NCBI GenBank assembly: GCA_963662795.1
Contig: OY759746.1
Span: 64,001-128,000 of the forward strand
Source: Spirochaetia bacterium
Lineage (GTDB): Bacteria > Spirochaetota > Spirochaetia > CADAEX01
Reading direction: 5' to 3'
DNA length: 64,000 bases
A model generated the notes under the pieces. That model did not search any database, was not told the origin of the DNA, and saw nothing but the letters and a program-made list of their open reading frames with translations. How positions within the stretch are numbered: the stretch's first letter is position 1; each line of letters starts with the position of its first letter. A program made the position numbers and the translations under genes. Positions 57,789 to 64,000 of the stretch are shown here, piece by piece.

Positions 57789-57841
57789 TTGTCTACTCAT
57801 CAGACAAGTTAAATTATAAACCCTGTTTTTTAAGCAGTCAA
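57789..57841 (-). promoter_or_regulatory. Sigma70 promoter and palindromic GntR-type operator
   Basis: Minus strand TTGACT (57841-57836), 17 bp, TATAAT (57818-57813); palindrome TTGTCT-N7-AGACAA (57789-57807) at the predicted +1. Confidence 0.7.
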
Positions 57842-58009
57842 TATTTTTTCCCTGCTGCTTTATGCTTTCAGGATTATATTTTTAAAGCAGAAAAAAGAAC
57901 TATCCGGTCAGTCTCATTAAAAGTTGACAGAATCTGATGCCGGGAATAAACTTAAAAAAGTTTTTACTTCAACATTCTGCACATCCATCTTCAAACGGGG
58001 AGAGATATA

Positions 58010-58453
58010 ATGAAAAAAATCGGTATCATTATCTGCGGCAGATATAAAAACTGCGGCGGAGGCAAGTGTTTAAGGTCTCTGCGCGAACGGGTCGGCGCTT
58101 TTTCCATCTATCCAAAAGAAGAAGAGGTAGAATTGGTCGGTTATTCCAACTGCGGGGGATGCCCTGGCGGTAATATCGAGTACGTACCTGCCGAAATGAT
58201 CAAAAACGGAGCAGAAGTGATACATCTTGCAACAGGGCTTATAGTAGGATATCCTCCCTGTCCCAGCATCCGCCGCTTTAAATCATTCATTGAAACAGCT
58301 TACGGTATACCAGTTGTGATTGGAACTCACCCGATTCCGCAGAAATATATGGACACCCATGCAAAGCTTTCCATGTGGAAAGATGCAAACATGAAAGAAC
58401 TTGTACAGCCTTTATTTGATGAGGCACAGGATATTAAAATAGCCTATAATTAA
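58010..58453 (+). CDS. CGGC domain protein
   Basis: IIICGRYKNCGGGKC, CGGCPG, IHLATG, CP, GTH. Confidence 0.9.
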   Translation: MKKIGIIICGRYKNCGGGKCLRSLRERVGAFSIYPKEEEVELVGYSNCGGCPGGNIEYVPAEMIKNGAEVIHLATGLIVGYPPCPSIRRFKSFIETAYGIPVVIGTHPIPQKYMDTHAKLSMWKDANMKELVQPLFDEAQDIKIAYN

Positions 58454-58595
58454 AATCCAGTCTTGTTTCTGTTGAAGAATGAAGATTCTTTTGCTACAAT
58501 CTGAAAGTTCTGCGCTTATACTATGTTCTGGTGCATTCTATTTATAGTAAAAAACGTTTGAATTTTTATCAAATTAATTTTGACAGGGGTTATGG

Positions 58596-59126
58596 ATGAA
58601 ACTTCTTTTGAAAATGAAAACAAAAGACTACGATACACTTGTTTTGTTCTTTCCACTCCTGTTCAGAATATCCATGATCCTTCTTTCAATTTTTATTGCA
58701 GCTTCAATATTCCTTTTTCCCATTGAGAATGGCGAAAGGGGTACTGACTTTATACCTGCACTACTCAGCATAATATGCCTGATATCTGCAACCTATGGTG
58801 AAAAATGGGTATTTGACAGAAAGAAAAACATAATCTTCACACAGACATCATTTTTATTTATTAAAAAGTATAAAATGGTAAAAATGAATCAGATCAGGAA
58901 TATATCTGTTGCAAGATTCATAAAGCGTAAAAATCCCGATTCATCTTTCCTGAAACTGTCGGTTTTTCTTAAAGACCAGACATCCATGGATATTGAAATT
59001 CTCCCGTCACGGGACATTGAGAACGCAAGAAGGAAAGGAGAAGCAATTGCAGAATTCTGTTCATTCCCGTTCAGGGATTCATCAGCTGTCACAGGGGAAC
59101 AGGAAAAACCGCTTATAACAGCATAA
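58596..59126 (+). CDS. Hypothetical two-TM membrane protein
   Basis: Two TM helices then a soluble domain (WVFDRK); SD GGGG. Confidence 0.55.
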   Translation: MKLLLKMKTKDYDTLVLFFPLLFRISMILLSIFIAASIFLFPIENGERGTDFIPALLSIICLISATYGEKWVFDRKKNIIFTQTSFLFIKKYKMVKMNQIRNISVARFIKRKNPDSSFLKLSVFLKDQTSMDIEILPSRDIENARRKGEAIAEFCSFPFRDSSAVTGEQEKPLITA

Positions 59127-59514
59127 CTATATATCCATTTTTTTTCAGCGTCTCGGGGACCTGCTTCATCTCTCTGTTTACTGTACGTTTTCCCTTTGAC
59201 TGAAAATATAAAAGGGTAAGTTCTTCAGCTATCGGGACAAGTATGTCTGAAGAGACCTCAGGGAACATCCACCCCGGCCAGACTTCAGATGCCGGTGCTT
59301 CAATTAGTGAATCCATTCCCCACTTCTTGTATCTGCTTTCTCCTTCAAGAAGTTTTTCCTTAAGGATTTTATAATCCTCCCTTATACCAGTCATAGCCAT
59401 GATTTTTTCCATGTTGACTTTTCCGTCATCCGCAAGAGGGATCCTGTCGCCGGCCACAACTCCTCCCTGATCAAAATATATTGCCTTGATTTTCTTTACC
59501 GCTGTGTCCTGCAT
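59113..59514 (-). pseudogene. C-terminally truncated HAD-superfamily hydrolase
   Basis: KAIYFDQGG motif I, cap domain, then stop right after LKKNGY before motifs II-IV. Confidence 0.6.
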
Positions 59515-59634
59515 CTGCTCCCCCTCTGTGTTTTAAAAACATATACCCTATATAGAATTATTTACAATCTGATATTAATTAGGTATTAACAGGCTTTTAA
59601 GGAGGATTCGGCTGAGATTTTTGGGACTGTAAAA

Positions 59635-60870
59635 TCAGAGTTTGCTTTTTTCCTGAAGGAGATGCATGAAACTCTCATACTCTTTTGACTCAGGATCAAG
59701 TCTCAAGGCTTCCTCGCAGTCAAGTCTTGCGGCAAGATAATCTCCGGAATGATAGTAAACCTGTGCCTTTGCAAACCAGAATTCACTCTGATACGGATCA
59801 AGCGCCACTGCCTTTTTTAAATCTTCACGGGCTTCCTGATATTTCTTCATCATCCGGTAGGTTATTCCCCGCAGATACAGGGTCCTGCTGCTTTGCGGAT
59901 TTATGGCAAGGGAATTTGAAAAATCATCAAGTGCTTCCTCATAACGCGATTCAGCAAAGTGAACCATTCCCCTGTGCACATACACAAGGGCTTTTACCTT
60001 CTCATCTTCATGCTCAAGTATTTTTGAATAGATTTTTATTGCTTTCTGATATTGCCCGCTGTTATGGGCAAGCAGTCCCCTTAAAAGCAGATCGTCCAGA
60101 CTCAGTGATGCACTGGTCTGCAAGTCGAAATCGTCATCAGCGCTTTTATTTTTTAAAATTGAAGGACTGCCGTATAAAAGACCTACGGGCATTGTTCTGT
60201 TAGAAACAGTTTCAGAAAAATTCCTTCTCCTCTGGACAAGTTCCCACTGTAGCTGCCTCTGATAATCCCTGATCTCCTGAAAGATTGTATCAGACAGGGT
60301 CAGGTTCGCGTTCAAAGCTGCAAGTTTGCGTTTTAAAGGCTTGTCGAATGGATTGAACTTAGCCTTGTAAACAAGCTCATGTTCGACCTCTGCCCACGCA
60401 TCCTGAAGAATTGTGCGGATCTGGATTTCAGCACATTCAACAGGTATCCCTTCAGGATCAAGCGGCGGAACAGGCAGAGCAATGAGAAGATGGGTTGCCT
60501 CATAGCCGAATTCCTTGTAAGAATGTTTGTCCCCTTTTTTTTCAGTCTCAACAACATGAAAAAGTTCCCTGATTACGTCCTCAACATCGCCTAAAGTTTC
60601 AAGGAAAGGGCACACAATTCTTATCCCCAGCAGATCGGTCAGATATATTTTATCAGATTCCGGGGACTCTCTCAGTTTAAGAAGCATTTTTTTAAAATAA
60701 CTCTCAAATGATTTGACCCTGTATTTTAGCGAAGCACGAATCTTTCTGGCGGAAAGCTCCTGCTCAATCCTTTTTACAACATCGCTTAATATCCTCCGGT
60801 ACGTTTCTTCTCTTGAAATATAATTTTTTTCAAGCGCAGATCTTTCAGTATATGCAGTTTTGTCAGCCAC
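59635..60870 (-). CDS. RelA/SpoT-type (p)ppGpp synthetase domain fused to TPR repeats
   Basis: RVKSFES...K, DLLGIRIV, GYEATH, EIQIRTILQDAWAEVEHELVYK; about 4 TPRs; GTG start after GGAGG. Confidence 0.88.
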   Translation of the reverse strand: MADKTAYTERSALEKNYISREETYRRILSDVVKRIEQELSARKIRASLKYRVKSFESYFKKMLLKLRESPESDKIYLTDLLGIRIVCPFLETLGDVEDVIRELFHVVETEKKGDKHSYKEFGYEATHLLIALPVPPLDPEGIPVECAEIQIRTILQDAWAEVEHELVYKAKFNPFDKPLKRKLAALNANLTLSDTIFQEIRDYQRQLQWELVQRRRNFSETVSNRTMPVGLLYGSPSILKNKSADDDFDLQTSASLSLDDLLLRGLLAHNSGQYQKAIKIYSKILEHEDEKVKALVYVHRGMVHFAESRYEEALDDFSNSLAINPQSSRTLYLRGITYRMMKKYQEAREDLKKAVALDPYQSEFWFAKAQVYYHSGDYLAARLDCEEALRLDPESKEYESFMHLLQEKSKL

Positions 60871-61069
60871 ATAGTCCTCCCGCATTTGAATAAGGATATA
60901 CTGCATCTGCAGTTTTAATTGTATTGCCTGCAGGGCTCTCAGGCTTATCCCGGAATTTTATTTCATGGTCTTTATTTATTCCGATTTTAACAATTATCAT
61001 AAAAACAAATAACAGGGTTATAAAAAAAACATATGCTGCAAAAAGTACTTTATTGCTGTTTCTCATCAA
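60863..61069 (-). CDS. Small single-TM protein
   Basis: SD GGAGA, one TM, overlaps the next gene's start. Confidence 0.45.
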   Translation of the reverse strand: MMRNSNKVLFAAYVFFITLLFVFMIIVKIGINKDHEIKFRDKPESPAGNTIKTADAVYPYSNAGGLCG

Positions 61070-61100
61070 TCTCTCCAGTTTTTAGTCCCCGGTCTTCTGT

Positions 61101-61880
61101 TTATATACCATCCCGGACCTGCACCTCTTTAAGTCTGAGATATGAAACAAACCAGAATAATGGAGCAATTAATATAAAATATAACAGGCGCAGTGTTTTT
61201 ACAAATACAGATATTATTCTTTCAAATTCAACGTAAATTAAAGAATAATCCGATAAGTCAAAATTCTTTCCAAATCCATAGCTGAAAAATATACTGATAT
61301 CACTGCTGAAAATAATTCTTGCAAGAACAGAGGCAATTATTACGGTAATCACTGAAAAAACAAACAATGACAACAGGGTTTTAAAGAAATGCATTTTCCG
61401 GAAATACACAGAGCCCAGGAAAAACAGACTTGAGTTTATAATATAAACAGGGAAAGTCCTGAATATTTCCGCTGAAAACGGATTAAAATGCGGAAGTCCG
61501 GCATTAAAAGCATAATTTACGGAAATAACTGCGGCAAAAGAACTGATTGAGTAAAGAACAAGCGAAAACAGTATCCACACAATAGTAGTCGTTAAAAGCC
61601 GGTGTATGAATTTCTCAATAACAGAAGCCGGCAAAAGCAGATAAACGCTGTTTCTGTCGCGCTGATGTATTTCACGAAAACAGGCGGAAGTATAAACAAA
61701 TCCCCCTGTATACAGAAACAACGGATAAAGAGCAGTATGTTCAAAAGCTGATTCATTTATCAGAAAAAAAATAAAAACCGATACCGCAGCAGAAGCAATA
61801 ATCAGGGATTTCAAGTCTTCCCTGAAATCTCTTTTAAAAAGCAGATAGATTCTGTAAGGGTTGATTTTCAGCATTTTCAT
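61101..61880 (-). CDS. ABC-2-type exporter permease
   Basis: 6 TM, LLPASVIEKF motif. Confidence 0.8.
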   Translation of the reverse strand: MKMLKINPYRIYLLFKRDFREDLKSLIIASAAVSVFIFFLINESAFEHTALYPLFLYTGGFVYTSACFREIHQRDRNSVYLLLPASVIEKFIHRLLTTTIVWILFSLVLYSISSFAAVISVNYAFNAGLPHFNPFSAEIFRTFPVYIINSSLFFLGSVYFRKMHFFKTLLSLFVFSVITVIIASVLARIIFSSDISIFFSYGFGKNFDLSDYSLIYVEFERIISVFVKTLRLLYFILIAPLFWFVSYLRLKEVQVRDGI

Positions 61881-62755
61881 CTGCCTGCATCCTCCCTTTC
61901 CAGTATACTTGCAATTAACCCATGCTTTTGAATAACAGCATTGAATAGTACCTCTATATCAATATTCTTACCGTATAATCTGCCATCACTCCCTGTTCCT
62001 CCGCGCTGTTCTCCGTCAATCTCTGAAAGAACGGCCCATCCTCCGGGAACTTTCTCTGCATGAATAATTTTATCTCCGGATGGAGGGAAAGGAGAAAACG
62101 AATAATCAATTTTCTTTGCCACTTCATCCATATTGTAATTAAAAATAATTGAACCGTTATCCACTATGATAACCGGATCAATAAGATCTTCCATATCCCT
62201 GACCTGATGTGTTGAAATTATTATGCAGCTTTCTTCTGTTGCAGCAGATGATACAAGCCTTCTGAACTGGCTTTTTGAAGGGATATCAAGTCCGTTTGTA
62301 GGTTCATCAAGAAGTATTACTCCGGAGCAGGTTGCAAGTCCGAAAGCTATAAGAAACTTTTTTTTCTGGCCGTAGGACAGAGCTGTCAGTTTAATGCTCA
62401 TATCAAGCTCAAAATCCGAAACCAGCAACCTGAATTTGCTTTCATCAAATAAAGGGTAGAAGGGAGCATAAATACCGGCATAGCTGCTGCCTGTTAATGC
62501 GGGTAAATAAAATTCTTCCGGCAGATAAAACAGCCTGGAGAGGAATTCAGGGTCTCCTTTATCCGGGATAAAACCTGATATATTACATTCACCGGCATCC
62601 GGATAAAGGAGACCGGAAAGTATTTTAAGCAGAGTACTTTTCCCTGCGCCGTTTTTTCCAAGCAGTCCGTAAAGCCCTGCTCCCATAGTGAGATTCATAT
62701 CTCTGAAAAGTCTTTTTTTATCATAACCGAATGAAAGGTTATTCACCCCGATCAT
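61877..62755 (-). CDS. ABC transporter ATP-binding protein
   Basis: GKNGAGKST, LSYGQKKK, LDEPTNGLD, STH. Confidence 0.92.
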   Translation of the reverse strand: MIGVNNLSFGYDKKRLFRDMNLTMGAGLYGLLGKNGAGKSTLLKILSGLLYPDAGECNISGFIPDKGDPEFLSRLFYLPEEFYLPALTGSSYAGIYAPFYPLFDESKFRLLVSDFELDMSIKLTALSYGQKKKFLIAFGLATCSGVILLDEPTNGLDIPSKSQFRRLVSSAATEESCIIISTHQVRDMEDLIDPVIIVDNGSIIFNYNMDEVAKKIDYSFSPFPPSGDKIIHAEKVPGGWAVLSEIDGEQRGGTGSDGRLYGKNIDIEVLFNAVIQKHGLIASILEREDAGR

Positions 62756-62946
62756 TTACAATCCTGCATAAACTTTGCTGTTCTACTCATATCTATAAAT
62801 CTTATCCTGCATTAATCTTATTATATTTTACTATCATCTTTGATGATATACAAGGAAATGAGTATCCTGATTCAAACAGATTCATAATTTATCCGGTTTC
62901 AGTAAGCATTCCGCCGGATAAACCGGATACATGGAACAAACACGGG

Positions 62947-64000
62947 TCATACATTAGTATGATTCATATCTCTTTGCATAAAATCATATACATCGGGAAT
63001 AATACCTTTTCCTTCCATATTTTCAGCACTCTCATCCGGGTCAGGTTTATTCCTGATAATACCTGAAGCTGCCAGATAAGCGGTTGAGAAGCACCCCTGA
63101 AGCAGATACCCTCCGGTAGGGGCTTCCCAGTCAGCCATCTCTCCGATAACGTAATACCCGGGGTATTTTTTAAGCATCAGGTTTTCATCAAGCGAAACAA
63201 GACTCACTCCCCCGGAAGTTGAAATTGCCTCTTCAAGCGGTCTCATACCCTGTAATTCAAGAGGAAGAGATTTAAGTATTTCAGGATTACCGTGAATCAG
63301 CTCCTTAAGGCTGCTGTGAGGAATTATTTCCTTAAGAAGGGCGAATTTTATTCCGGTTATGTTAACTGCTTTTCTCAGATAATTTGAAAGCGTATCCCGG
63401 TCCTGATCTTTTTTTAATTTTTTAATTATCTTATCCAGTGTCAGATCAGGAAGAAGATCGATATAAACTACCGCCCTGTCTGACTTAATTATCTCATCCC
63501 TCAGCGCTGCTCCGGAAAAGTATATACCGCCTCCTTCAATTCCATATGGAGTTACAAGAAGCTCCCCGCGGTTTGATTTGTCCTTGAAATTTACCCTGAT
63601 GTTTTTGAGCGGCCGGTCTGCCCATTTTTCAATGAAAGCATCACTCCACTTTTTTTCAAATCCGCAATTTGCAGCCTTAAGGGGAACAACAGCTACTCCT
63701 GCTTTTTTAAAGATATCAACCCACCTCCCGTCTGACCCGGTCGCCGGCCAGCTTGCTCCTCCAAGCGCAAATACGGCACAGTCAGTTTTTACTTCTATTC
63801 TCTCACCTCGGGATTCATAAACAAGAGTTCTGTCCGGCATTATATCTGCGAGACGGTGATTTGTATAAAGCTTAAAAAGACCTGTTCCGTAAAGAATACT
63901 TAACCATTTATCAAGTATTTCACCGCTTCCTTCCGTTTCGGCAAACACCCGTCCGCTGCTTCCAGTAAAAGTTTTTATGCCGATTGCGTTGTACCAAGTT
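62947..64000 (-). CDS. HI0933-family flavoprotein (TIGR03862-like), N-terminus outside window
   Basis: GIKTFTGSSGRVF, ALGGASWP.TGSDG, GELLVT.YGIEGG, AISTSGGV, GEMADWEAPTGGYLLQGCFSTA. Confidence 0.88.
   Translation of the reverse strand, partial: TWYNAIGIKTFTGSSGRVFAETEGSGEILDKWLSILYGTGLFKLYTNHRLADIMPDRTLVYESRGERIEVKTDCAVFALGGASWPATGSDGRWVDIFKKAGVAVVPLKAANCGFEKKWSDAFIEKWADRPLKNIRVNFKDKSNRGELLVTPYGIEGGGIYFSGAALRDEIIKSDRAVVYIDLLPDLTLDKIIKKLKKDQDRDTLSNYLRKAVNITGIKFALLKEIIPHSSLKELIHGNPEILKSLPLELQGMRPLEEAISTSGGVSLVSLDENLMLKKYPGYYVIGEMADWEAPTGGYLLQGCFSTAYLAASGIIRNKPDPDESAENMEGKGIIPDVYDFMQRDMNHTNV

Noticed and set aside
1-64000. CRISPR arrays, tRNA/rRNA, IS or phage genes, selenocysteine read-through
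   Set aside because: No regularly spaced repeats, RNA-gene patterns, transposase/integrase motifs or in-frame TGA at conserved Cys positions were seen by eye.

Overview
AT-rich (about 40% GC, judged by eye) bacterial chromosomal DNA, densely coding, with about 60 genes. It is probably from an anaerobic spirochaete: the solute-binding protein has a 'FAGGSKE'-type N-terminus, and lipoproteins, a RelA/SpoT-TPR protein and an RhlB-like helicase are present. This taxonomy is an inference. I saw no rRNA, tRNA, CRISPR array, IS or prophage. Most of the window is transport and housekeeping: two CNNM/CorC proteins, a YeeE/YedE pair, a Fur-boxed Fe3+-type ABC importer, MFS and ABC exporters, a DUF3100-M20 amidohydrolase operon, SDR-ALDH, gnd, a DEAD-box helicase, two HI0933 flavoproteins, an ABC-F protein and a GntR-MBL-TRAP operon. 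The standout is a tightly coupled 13.3 kb minus-strand chemosensory operon (38931-52186): 6TM-MCP, an [FeFe]-hydrogenase-like (group C) sensor fused to an MCP, Cache-MCP, CheW, divergent CheW, CheB, CheR-TPR, CheA-REC, and a REC-GAF-like-adenylate cyclase-TPR output. It has no stand-alone CheY. It reads as a Wsp-like 'alternative cellular function' pathway whose output is cAMP and one of whose inputs may be H2 or redox state. Several genes carry small indels (a lipoprotein, an SDR and a HAMP-adenylate cyclase), which are either assembly errors or real decay.
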